From: Rhodosorus marinus CCMP1338
Lineage: Eukaryota > Plantae > Rhodophyta
Assembly: GCA_029953675.1 (NCBI GenBank)
Contig: JAMWBK010000001.1
Location: forward strand, 1,260,001 to 1,508,000
Reading direction: 5' to 3'
Length of the DNA: 248,000 nt
The translations under genes were made by a program, and so were the position numbers. The notes beneath the pieces were generated by a model. It had not been told where the DNA came from. It did no database searches and worked only from the letters and a program-made list of their open reading frames with translations. Shown here piece by piece: positions 27,934 to 39,700 of the stretch (position 1 is its first letter; every line of letters starts with the position of its first letter).

Positions 27934-28129
27934 TATTCAGTCAATATATACTGGGCTAATTTATTTCGAAAATGAAAACACAAAATTAGAAAAAATTGGA
28001 GCTGGCTTGAACGTTGGATTTGATTGATTACAATCGTTATTTGACAATATTGATTGTTTTTGAGAGAAGAGCGCAAAGCGCACGGATAGTGATGGAGGGT
28101 TAGGCGGTTGGGCTGAACCCAAGCGGGAA

Positions 28130-29470
28130 TAGGGTCTTGGAAGCTAGTCCTAATTGGGTTCCCTACGTCAGGGCGGTATAGGCCTCTGTAATCGAGCTGT
28201 TATCCAACCAACAGCTGTGGTCGCTTGGGGCACCGCCCTCCCGACGTTGAACGGTTGGGTGTATCCAGTTTCCGGAATTTGGAGGTCAGTCTTTCCAGTA
28301 ATGATCTACACTCTAGTGTCCCTGAAAGTGCCCGTGGTGTGTTGCTCGAGCTCCAATCGGAGATTTCATTCTGTACCAGTCTCCCCCAGCCGACCTTCAC
28401 CCATGGCTGGCTGGCTGGTGAGCCGTGTTTTCGCGGGCTCGCGGCCCTGCGACCCGCCGGTCCTGTACCTATCGCGCTTGACCCTGTGGTTGCTGAATAA
28501 ACAGATGTCCCTCGCGATCATCCTGATGATGGACCGGGCTCTGGGAGTCGCGTATCCGCACGCACGGATGCGTTGCAAAATACTTTTTCTTGGGACTTGC
28601 ACCGTGCTGAACGGTCTACTTCTAGCGCAGATGGTCTCAGCTCCCCGAGATCGCGCTCGCCCGCGTAGTCTTGAGGGGTGTATTAGCTCTCATTGGCTCA
28701 TAACCGTCCCCGCTTTTCCGCCACTCACACTCACAGATTTCGAAGTGCGCACTTCTCTGCGCTTAAACCTCGGCTTACATCAGCCGCCCCGGCCTTCCGA
28801 GATGGGTCACCCTGCCCTATACGCTCTCGGAACGAAGATACAGCGGATTTTGGCCCCCACCTGCTCGCCAGCTGCCCCGCTGTGAAAGGAGCCCGAACCC
28901 GATGACATACGCAGATCCTTAACCTGCTAGACCGCGAACTACAACGGCCTACCTACGGCAAGCCAATGTTGAAATTGAACGGGAGAAGCCCCTGCCTGTC
29001 GCAGACTACCAAAATAAGTAAGTCCGCGTGGCTAGCGTCTTGGTCACCTGTGACGATAGCCGCCGTACGACATACGTTGATCTTGCTTGTCATTGTTCAG
29101 AATCCTCAGGCTCGTCGTTATTTGCCGGCTGCGGGAGAGCGCCGTGGATTTGCCACTGCCAATAAGACGTCGCGAAGAGTTGAAATATGGGGGTGGCTTT
29201 GTCTACCCCAGGCATACGTGCTTTGGCTCTAGCTCATCGCCTGGTACCTCTGGTCGTTGAGTGTTTTGCGTTTCTGGATTCCGTTGACTGTCGTTAGCTT
29301 CGGGAAGTGTTTCGCGAACGCCTTGACCGTCTGCTCTAGCTGTTTACCCGTTTAAGTTTCTTGCTGTGGCGTATGAATGCTGCTTTGATGTAAGAGGCGC
29401 ACGATCTTCGCCGCGCTTAGTCTTTTTTTTCCCCTCGGGGTTTTTCCTTCAGTCTCCGATTAAACAAATT
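28130..29470 (+). mobile_element. Old degenerate family B copy
   Basis: LGGIGLCNR..ITVPAFPPLTL..LEAR remnants with stops and frameshifts. Confidence 0.75.
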
Positions 29471-29519
29471 CCTTCATTGAATGAATTCGTTTTAATCTGA
29501 GACTGGGTTACACAACTCA

Positions 29520-30060
29520 TACAATGGAGACTGGAGGTGACGCTGGAACCGAGCGGACACTATCCAGGCAGCCACCTTCGACTGGACAGAATAGCACGCC
29601 ACCCTCGGACCAGGAAGCTGTACGTGATCGACGTAAAAGTGACCCGGCCGTTGCAAAAGACCTACCTACACAAAGCTTCCTGGGAGACAGGGTACGCTTC
29701 ACGCAAGGCCGAGAAGTTTAAACAGTCCAACCACCGGGATGCGACCGGGGCTCATAAGGACGACATTTTCGTGCCCTCCTGCGTGGAGACGTTCGCGAGG
29801 ATGGGTAAAGCAAGCTGATGAGTTCTTAAAAGAGGTGACTCTGCACTTGCAGCACCCAGCGACACAAGTCAGCGAAGCACGCGCGAAACTCAACTATTCT
29901 TTACGGAAAGCGAATGCACAACTTGCCACGCAGGCGCGCCGAATTGACGAAGGGAGCTATCAGATCGTCCCTCTAGTAGAACGTAGCCGCACAACCCAGC
30001 AGGTTTTTATTAACGGCATAGATTCATGCCTTATTTCCTCCTGACCGGCTCTAATAGGGA
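29520..30060 (+). mobile_element. Family D RLE non-LTR 3' fragment
   Basis: LRLDRIARHPRTRKLYVIDVKVTRPLQ..FVPSCVETFARMG. Confidence 0.65.
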
Positions 30061-30754
30061 GTCCATTAGTCTTGAATTGAACGTGAGAAGCCCCTGCCTG
30101 TCGCAGACTACGAGAATGATGAACGCCGCGTGGCTGACCTCGTGGTCACCTGTGACGTAGCCGTACGACGTACGTTGACAATGCTGTTCCTAATCCTCAG
30201 GCTTGTCGCTATTTGCCGCTGCCAACATGAGACGTCGCAAAGAGTTGAAATATGCGGAGGCCTTGTCTTCCCCAGGCATTCGTGCTTGGGCTTTAGCTCA
30301 TCGGCTAGTACCTCTGGTCATTGAGTGCCTTGGGTTTTTGGATTCCGTTGGTTCTCGTTAGTTTCGGGAAGTGTTCCGCGAACGCTCTGACCGTCTGTCC
30401 TCGTGTCTACCCGTTTAAGTTTCTTGCTGTGGCGTATGAACGCTGCTTTGACGTAAGAGGCGCACGATCTTCGACGCGCTTAGGCTTTTTTTTCCTCTCG
30501 GCTTTTTTTTCTTTCAGCCTCCGATGTAACCAATTCATTCAATAGGGAGTCCCTTAGCGAAAGCTTTCCCGGTTTCAGGGCGACCAGCTGTGGCGACTAC
30601 AACGATTCGATTAGATCTATTCCGGTCCATCAATAGAAATTTGTTTTACCTAAAAGACAAAAAAAAACCGAGTGTCGCAGGACCGGAATTCCGGCCTCAT
30701 CGTAAAATTAAGTAGACATAAAAACAGTATTTCCAACGGAGTAACGGCGGATGA

Positions 30755-30820
30755 TAGCGTTCAACTGATAATCATCATATACACGTTATCGTGTATATGA
30801 TGATTATCAGTTGAACGCTA
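30755..30820. repeat. Perfect 31-bp-stem hairpin (loop TTAT)
   Basis: TAGCGTTCAACTGATAATCATCATATACACG-TTAT-reverse complement. Confidence 0.9.
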
Positions 30821-31118
30821 ACGGTTTTTGCGTCATATCTTCCACGTTTAAGGACTATGAACGTCATATTTGTTTTTGATTTAGAGTTTTATGTGTATTA
30901 TGAAAATATATATGATCATATTGTAGAGATTTTTCTTAGATGTAGATTGTGTTTGTCCATGAGAGTAGCTGCTGTTTTGGTACTTAAATTGGATTCGGGT
31001 GGGGAGCGTGGAGGGTTGGAGTGGGGAAGGGAGGGGAGGCTGTGTGAAGGAGCTTGAAATTGGATGCCGGTGTTGTGGATGTGTGTGAGGATTTTTGGCC
31101 CTCGGAGGAGAGAACGGG

Positions 31119-32054
31119 ATGGGTTGGACTGCAGATGAAATACCGGACCTTAGCGGGAAGGTTGCGATTGTGACTGGTGCGAATACTGGGCTCGGGAAGG
31201 AAATCGCGACCCGTCTTGCGGAGCACGATGCGACTACTGTGATGGCGTGTCGGACGGCGGCGAAGGCGGAGGCGGCGAAGAAGGAGATCCTGGCGGAGAT
31301 CGGAGAGAGGAAGCGGTTGGAGGTGATGGCGCTGGACGTGTCGTCATTGGAGTCGGTGAGGAGCTTTGCGGTAGAGTTTTCGTCAAAGTACAAGCGACTG
31401 GATATTCTGATGGAGAACGCGGGGGTAATGGCGCTGGATCCAAAGCAGGAGAGCGTAGACGGATTCGAGATGCAGTTCGCGACAAACCACATCGGACACT
31501 TTCTGCTAACAAAGATGCTAATGCCTCTGCTGGAGAAGACGGAGGGAAGCCGTGTGGTGACCCACAGCAGTGCCGCAAACTTTAGCGGGAAGTTCCAGTG
31601 GGACGACATCCAGGGCGAGAAGAGCTACAAACCCTGGGACCAGTACTCTATGACCAAACTCGCCAACATATGCTTCGCCAACGAGTTGAACAAACGAGTC
31701 CAAACGGCCGGTAAAGGCTTCCCCACTACCTACTCCGTCCACCCCGGAGGTGTCAGAACTCAGCTCCTGGACAACGCCGTGCAAGACTTTCGGGCCAAAA
31801 CTTTCGACTTCTTTAGTTCTTATGCCTTTGGAACTTTCGAGACGGGATCAAGGCCAGCTCTGTTCGCGTGTGCTGCACCCGAGGCAGAGCCAGGAGCGTT
31901 CTATGGGCCCACCGGCCCGATCCCGATGCTCAGCTTGATGAACGGCAGCTACCCGGGCAAAATAGCGCCAAACAAGCTTGCGCTCGACAGCGAGGAGTGC
32001 AAGAAGCTATGGGAACTGTCTGAGGAGCTCATCGAGGAAAAATTTGATATCTAA
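31119..32054 (+). CDS. Short-chain dehydrogenase/reductase (retinol-DH/WWOX-like)
   Basis: VAIVTGANTGLG, LDVSSLESV, ENAGVM, FATNHIGHF, YSMTK, VHPGGVRT motifs; intronless. Confidence 0.92.
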   Translation: MGWTADEIPDLSGKVAIVTGANTGLGKEIATRLAEHDATTVMACRTAAKAEAAKKEILAEIGERKRLEVMALDVSSLESVRSFAVEFSSKYKRLDILMENAGVMALDPKQESVDGFEMQFATNHIGHFLLTKMLMPLLEKTEGSRVVTHSSAANFSGKFQWDDIQGEKSYKPWDQYSMTKLANICFANELNKRVQTAGKGFPTTYSVHPGGVRTQLLDNAVQDFRAKTFDFFSSYAFGTFETGSRPALFACAAPEAEPGAFYGPTGPIPMLSLMNGSYPGKIAPNKLALDSEECKKLWELSEELIEEKFDI

Positions 32055-33249
32055 AGTGGAACTACGCGACGGCGATCATCGCTCTCGGCTCAATCTGCTC
32101 TATCTGAATTGCGAACTGGGACTCTGCTTGAAGAATATGTTCCGATGACGGGCAAGCACGGGAGGAAGAGGTCGGAAGGTTCCAACGCCCTACGCAAGAC
32201 AATTAAGTAAAACTCGCCGCCAGGCGTCGGTCACCGATCTCGTTCGTCTGAAGCGCCGTGACTGAGCGCAGTCGACGGGACCATACCCTCTGTAAAGGAG
32301 GAGGAGAAGCCAACTCGCTTCCTCACCAAAAATACGACTCATCCAGAAACCCGTTGGATGCGGGCCTGCATACTCTCCATTTTTACTCAAAAACTCGTCC
32401 ATCCCGACGTCTTTGGTCATTCACACTTTTTCCCATCAACTAAAACTGAATAGCTATCGATTCTGTGTATCGAGCACAGTATTATTGAGTAAATGCTGGT
32501 CATAGAATGATGGGTGCACGAGCACAAGTCCACTCATCACTATCCTGAAAGGACAGCCTGTCAACCTCCACACCGTCTCTCCTTAAGCAACGTATTGTGC
32601 TGACAGTATGTCGCGACATATTGTCGAAAGTTTTGTCGTAGTCCTGTAGCAATGTCGTGCCTAGGTGTCGGTGATAAGTTGTTTAGTAAGACCACCAACG
32701 ATTTATAGATTGATTACTGCAATGAGGACTGATGATGGCCTTTAACTGATGGACTTGAAGCGGTGATCGTCATTGTTTGAATCTCTACTGGATCGAGGCC
32801 AATAGGAGGCAGTAACACAGATCAAGCCCCCGTGGTTGGCCATGATCTAAATGCTCCGTATGATGGATGAACACCTTGAGTATCTCCAGCTACTATGACT
32901 TTAGGGGTCACCTTAGAAGCTTCACATTGGTTTTTGTAAACGGATCTCCTACAATCTGAACGATTTCCATGATGAGCTAAGCCTCCCAGCTTGATCTTGC
33001 TGTGCTAGCGATGCCACACCACTATATAAACTTTATATAACATATACTCAAAGGTCTCCGGCTTGGACTCGGGACGTTTGAAAGAAAGCGAGAGAGTCAA
33101 CGGCCATATAGAAGCAGACTAACATAGTTTATGAGACCACGCGCTTATTCATGTCGAATGACTGTGGTGTGCCTATGGACACTGACGATGGTGGTGCTGC
33201 GGCTCCGTCCTCCCCGGCAATCATCAATCAACAAGAAGATGAAGAAAAA

Positions 33250-33720
33250 CTCCTTGCACCAACTTGCGGATGTAGCGATAGGGATGCAGCTACATCCGGA
33301 AGAAAAGCACGATAGGCTATGCTAAGGAGACCCCAGAGCGGGGTACAATACTACATTCTATGGGAAAGTGTTCGAACATATTCATCTTTACGCGTGGCAC
33401 GGATCGCCCAGCGACCGGTACCACGCCAGAGTTCTCGACTCAGATCCACTCGGACGAGAGTGCGCGCGTCCGCGTTGCTTTCGAGATGTTCAGTAGCTTC
33501 TTTGAGGAAGTTTTTTGCGGCTTGACCAAGTCTTCCAAACCCTCCCATGGCGACAGTACAAATTGGGAGTCATTGTGAGCGCCGTTGGCATCACGATATT
33601 TGGCTCGTTTCCGTGCTTCAGAGTTAGCTGCAGCATAGCCGGTTTGATAGGCACCACGAGCAACTAGATGGGCTCTTAGCGGGGACTCTACCTTGACATC
33701 AAGAACATTCTGCTTACCAG
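33250..33720 (-). mobile_element. Family E RLE non-LTR 3' fragment
   Basis: GFGRLGQAAKNFLKEATEHL, similar to 10136-10380. Confidence 0.6.
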
Positions 33721-36700
33721 TACGATGATGACGAACAAGAACGTATGGTCGAAGCCGGCGACCATCAAAAAAGTTGGAGGGCTTAACTTGAACCTGATAA
33801 AGGTGCCACCGCCGTAGGTGTCGCGCAAGTTCATCGCGACTCTTGGTAGGTCAGTCTCTCAGCTTTATGGATTCCGTTTGCTCCCGTTGGCTCCCGCTGG
33901 CTCCCGTTGGCTTCGCGAATTGTTCCGCGAGCGCGGACGGCTCTCGTCGTCTACCCGGATTGAGTTTTCTGATGTACGTACGAACGGTGCTTTGAATGGG
34001 GGGAGGGGGAAGGGGTGCGCTTGCAGACGCACTGTCGTCTCTTGCTTCTTCCTCTTCAACGTCACTGCCTATGGTTGCCGCTGATGTCACCATGGACTTT
34101 GTCCTGCTTGCACGGCAAAACCAGCAAGAAAAGATCTGTTGTTTGAATTTCAAGTTCCGTTTTCGTCTCAAAAAAAAGGGGCCAAATATGTGCCATCGTA
34201 GAAACTCCAGTCTCCAACTTCCGTCTCAAAGTAGAAACTAGTTCCGTCGGGTTTTATCTGGGCGATCTATACTAAAATTACGATTTTTGGATATATATTG
34301 TGCTAAAACTGAGACATAGCTAACTTTTAAATTACTTTAATTCACATTTTGCTCTGATTCTGGGACAGTCGATTGTTCTTGTTTTGTCCATAGCTTCAAG
34401 TCCCATCTATTCTTTTTAATAAGGGTTGTTGTCATAAAATGTCCGAGAAAACAACGAGCCTCTGCTGTATATTGAATAAACTAAGAAAATTCATTCGCGT
34501 GCAGTGGAAACTCTTTGAAAACACATGTCTGATCGCGCCTATATCGGACAGGCTTTTCTTCCAATATATGGGATATTTATTCTTCTATTCGATATTATTC
34601 GTACTAGTATCTGTACTAAGATTTGTTATCGGACGAAACATGACATATTAATCCCACCTGTCGTTTGATATCGTTTTTCAAGAAATATGCTCCCTATTCC
34701 AAGGGAGAGACACGTGGGCAGATCATAAAGGTAAATACCATAAGTATTTTTAAACTAATTAGACCAATGAATTCCTCTTACACAATCGTTCTTGAAACTG
34801 ATTGGATATGGAGAAATTGTGCACCAATAATTTTGATAAGTCTTCTGTAATTTGTCTTTTTGGGGGGGGGGGATTTGTGCTGTCAAATACGCCGAGTTCT
34901 ATAGCCTTTTTTTCCAATAAACTCATATTTCTACTATGCTTTTCGAGCGTCATTGAAAAGTAATTCACTATTCAAAATAATTCTCATTGTTTTTGTTTAG
35001 ATTTTATTGTTGTGGATTGTTAAATAATGTCAAAATGAGAATTTGATGTGGGATTCTAGTCCCCGCGATTCCCCCCCTCCCCTCCCCGGGTTTCCCACAC
35101 CACCCGACTTGCTGCACGGAGCTGGTTCTCCAGGTACTTGAAAGGTATCGATCGTTTGTACATTTGGTCTCTGCTTCAGCGTTCTCGCTTCGTGGCCTAT
35201 TTCATAGCGACCTAGCTCATCTTGTTGGTACCCCAATTTCACCCCAACGGAGTGACTCTCTTCGCATTCAAGCACTGTTTTGTTGTTGGATGTATGCGTG
35301 ATATCATCGTCCTTCCTGCTTCTGAGAGTAGTTACAATGGGGTAGGTCATAAAACACCGTTTTCAACCTTTTTTGTTGTTTCTCTTAGGCAAATGAGCCG
35401 TGTGGTCCCCATCGGCCGACCACATTCCTTGTCAGCGATAACTGGTCGACAGAGCAGGTGAAAGAGTTACTTCGGAGATAAGCGAGTGGGGAGGTAAACC
35501 TTGTTCGTGGAGGGTTTTTTTTTTTTTTTGGCTCACATGCGGTCCGTTTACGGCTTCTCCTTCTCTACTGCTCAATGTGGGTGGCCTCCAGCTTCAAAGT
35601 ACGTACTCGTTGAGCAAAAAAGACATGTTGAAATGGCCAGTCAATATTCGCAAGGAGCATTTTTTGAAAAAACAATGTCGGTGTGGCATTCGTCCGCACG
35701 ACATTAGCAGCGACCAGGAGAATTTCTCTCACCCTAATCGAATATTTTTATAGGTCTTCCCCAGGCATTGGCGCTTCGGCTCTAGCTCATCGCCTGGTAC
35801 CTCTGGTCACGTTGAGTGCTTTGGGTTTATGGATTCCGCCGGTTCTCTTTGGCTTCGGCAAGTGTTCCGCGAACGCTCCTGACCGTCTTTCCTCAGTGTT
35901 CACCCGTTTAAGTTTCTTGCTGTGGCGTATGAACGCTGCTTTGATGTTGGAGGCGCGCGATCTTCTCCGCGCTTAGTTTTCTTTTCCCCTCGGGGTTGTT
36001 TTCTTTCAGTCTCCGATTAAACCAATTCATTCATTCAATCGAATATTTTTTTTAGGATCCTACTTTTCGACGGCACCTCCGCGGCCAAAGAGTTTGTCAA
36101 TGCTCCCAAAGAACAATGGCCTATCGGGCTCTTCTCTGGTGGCCGGGATCGAAAAAAAAAGAAAAGGGATCAAAACATGATTTTCCGAGTCGTTATCCTG
36201 GCCAATGAGTGTCGATGGTGTTGCGAACATTGGCGTCATCACGAAGGAAATCCTCGATTTGGATGGAATTGTGCTGGCCAGCGGTCGAGGCTCAACGTTT
36301 CTTTTAGGTACATCGGCCTTGGGGAAGGGAGAGTTGAAAGAGGTGTGTTTTGGAGGAGCAGCTGAATGTGAGTGTTTAGTGACTGTTTGAGAGGGTAAAG
36401 AGTTTGGGGTGGTTGGGAGGCAAGGCGTGGAGAGGTTTGGACGGGTTTGTAGTAACGAGGGAGGATGACGGTACAATTTTTTGGACTAACTTTTTTTGAT
36501 TTGTTCCTTTAGATTTCCGCTTCGACCGGCCAGGCTTTTTTCGATTGGACCCTTTTTTTTACGATCTAACGAATCGTTTTTGAAGCCGTCGATTTATCTT
36601 CGCAAGGCTGTAGCACTTTTTGGGACATAGAGCCTGTTAAAGCAATTGGGAAGGTGTCGAGAAATAGGCTGGTCTTGATGATAAAAGTTGCGGTTATCCG

Positions 36701-36754
36701 CGGGAGGGGGGGGTGGAGGGAGGGGTAAAGCAAGCGAATAAATTAGAAACCCAA

Positions 36755-39700
36755 ATGAGGGGCGGAGTCGTGGCATTGGCGGTGATTGCGCTGACCTTTC
36801 AGCAGGTGGTGGTCGGCGTAGCGCTTACGAAGGTTGATTTTGAAGATGCCCCAGTCGTGGAGGATATTGATGGTCTTCCGACCAGTTTCGCTTTTCTGCC
36901 TCGAGGTCAGACTGACCGCATTCTGGTGACAGACTATAGAGGCATGGTCCAAGTTGTAGTGAAGGGAGCGGTACAGGAGAAATTGTTCCTAGACGAGAGG
37001 GTTTCCCAGGCGGATCTGGACGGTTGGACGGGCTACCCCAAAGTCTGGGATAGAGGCCTGGCGCCGGAGTATCGTTCCGTTGCCGTGGATTCCGATTTTG
37101 ACAATCATCCTTTCGTGTACCTCTCGTACATCCATTACGTTGAAAGAGTGCGAAGAACTCCTCCCCAAGGGTTCGTGGTTCGATACCGGGTAAGCGACGA
37201 CCTCTCGGAGGTGATCCGTAGCTCGAAGACGGTGGTGCTCGGAGGATACGTGAACGGAAATTGCACACAAGTTAGCACAAGTGAGGATAACATTTGCATT
37301 ACTTATGCCGGGCATAGCATGGGAGGATTGCTCGTGGACCCCGAGGGCAGATTGTGGATAGGGATAGGAGATGCTGCGGTTCCGGACGACTCTGACAAAC
37401 CCAGTGTAATGCAATGTCAGGACGTTGACAGCCTGTACGGGAAGCTCCTGAGGGTAGATCGGGATGGAAAAGGTCTACCAGCCAACCCGTTTTACAACGG
37501 CGATCCGGACGCTAACCGATCAAAGGTGATGGCTTTGGGCCTGCGAAACCCATGGAATACTCACTGGGACGCCGAGTTGGGGACTCCATGGCAGAGTGAT
37601 GTTGGCCAAGTAACCCGAGAGGAGTTCAATCTGATTGAACCAGGTGCGAACTACGGGTGGCCATGCATGGAGGCAGAGCTTGATCGATTTCAGTTCGGCA
37701 TCTTCGACGAGTGCGCGGACATGTTCAATGAAGTTCCACCATCCTCCGGGGCTTCGTATGTGGGCACGATAGTTGGTCCGAAATTAAGCTACTCCCGCGA
37801 GGAGGGTACTGTGATAACTTCCGCGCTGAGGGTGAAAATCGAGGGTTGGCCTGATGCTTTCAACAACGGCGTGTATTACAGTGACTATTCCGGAAACTGG
37901 ATACGCTATGTCAAGGTAGACGACGTTGGTAATGTGGTTTCGGCCCCTCTCGAGTTTGCCACTGAAATTCCCGGACCGATCAGCATTCAAACGGGGAGCG
38001 ACGGGTGTCTGTACTACCTAGCTCTCGGTTCCAGTCAGATAGGTCGGATCTGCTACAGGGAGAATAATTCACGGCCAGAGGTGGTTGGGATCGTACCGCC
38101 GGATGGGTTCATGCGCGCTTCTAGGTCGACCTTGGTTGAGGTGGCTGTAAGCAAGAAGGTGACAGCGGAATCGGCACAAGGAGCTATAGTTGTGGCAGAT
38201 ACTACGTCGGGGGATGTTGTTGCAGGGTATGTGGAGCAGGATGAGGTCAGGAACGTTCTTACCTTTGTTCCAGACGAGCTCCTGAAGGAGGACGCGGAGT
38301 ACACCGTGACCGTTTCCGGGTTGACCGACTTGAAAAATCTCTCCATGACGGACGAGGTGGCAAGTACCTTTTTAACGGGCAGAGGGTTCATCCAGTATGT
38401 CTCCGACCTTGCCCTTGCTGTGGACCCCACGCCTGACTCGCTGGTTCGTGACACAGCGATTGATGGCGTGACTCCCATACTGATTCGCGGCAGGCGATTC
38501 AGGAAGGGCTTGAGTTTTGTCCCCGTTGTGCAAGTGGAGGTTCAAGTCCCCGTTGACTGCACGTCGATTGAAGGGTACTATGGGTTGGATGACACAAACT
38601 TTTGGATTTTTGCCGGCGCTGTCGTATTTACGGTCGCCGCGGACGGCACCGTTGTTTACGACTCGACAGCGGATGGTCTCGGATTTGCCAGTAGAAAGAT
38701 CGACCCCGCGTTCTTCTTCAAGCTGGATGTCGAAAGTGGGAGCATCTTGACTCTCAAGGGTGACTTTGGAGATGGCAACACAAAGGAACGCAACAATCAT
38801 GGTGTGTGGGCCGATGTCAGGTTCCGCTGCGGCAACATAGACTCTAGGGCACCAACGGTCGAGTCGTTCGAGCCAGCCGACGGCGCAACTACATCGATCG
38901 ATCTGGTGATTCGCATCACATTCGACGAGGTCATGAACTACAACACGGTCATTCAGGCGGTGAACATTGCGTCGGCGGATGGGCGTCGCATCCCGTGGCT
39001 TCCAGTTGAGAGCGCCGAGCCCCGACAGTTCGCGCTCGAGTTGGAGGATTTGGGTTTTGATACGACGTACGTGGTCAGCGTATCGAAGACGGCTGTGGAC
39101 GTTTCTGGAAATCGATTGGAGGAAGACGTGCAGTGGTCATTTATCACCGAGCTACCGCCAGCAAGTGGGGAGAAGCTCCAAATCGTGGGAGACTTGATCC
39201 CCAAGCACTCAAGAGGAGGTGCCTCGTTCGATGGATTTCCGAGGAGGCTTAGCCCAGGAGTGAAAATATACAAGAATGGTCTTGGCATGCAGTCAAACGC
39301 CAAGGTCAGCTACGACCTGGGTGGTCTTGCTTGTACTCGGCTCAAAGGGCTCACGGGCAAGGATGCAGCTGCAGGAGGCGATTCTGGTGCTTGCCGGCTG
39401 CGGGTTCTCAGCGGGGCAAGTCAGGAAGCATCGCGGGTGCGTTTGGATCGGTACCCTCGCGCAGCTCAGCGGTCGCGGGGGCTAAATGTTGGGCTAGGAG
39501 GGGATAGCTATCTCGAGATTAAGCTTTCCGCGGGGGGGGATGGCGGCCGGGCTAAGGACCTTTGCGACATCGCCCGAGCTAGGGTAGAGTGTGATGGGGT
39601 TGATATCTACTTAACGAAGTTTACGCCGCTATCTGAACAGGGGGTGGTTGAACGGAACAGGAGTGCAGTGCGGTTGCCGCTGCAGCTGCTCAGGTCCTCA

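Noticed and set aside
30881-31609. 242-aa minus-strand ORF
   Set aside because: Antisense to the SDR gene
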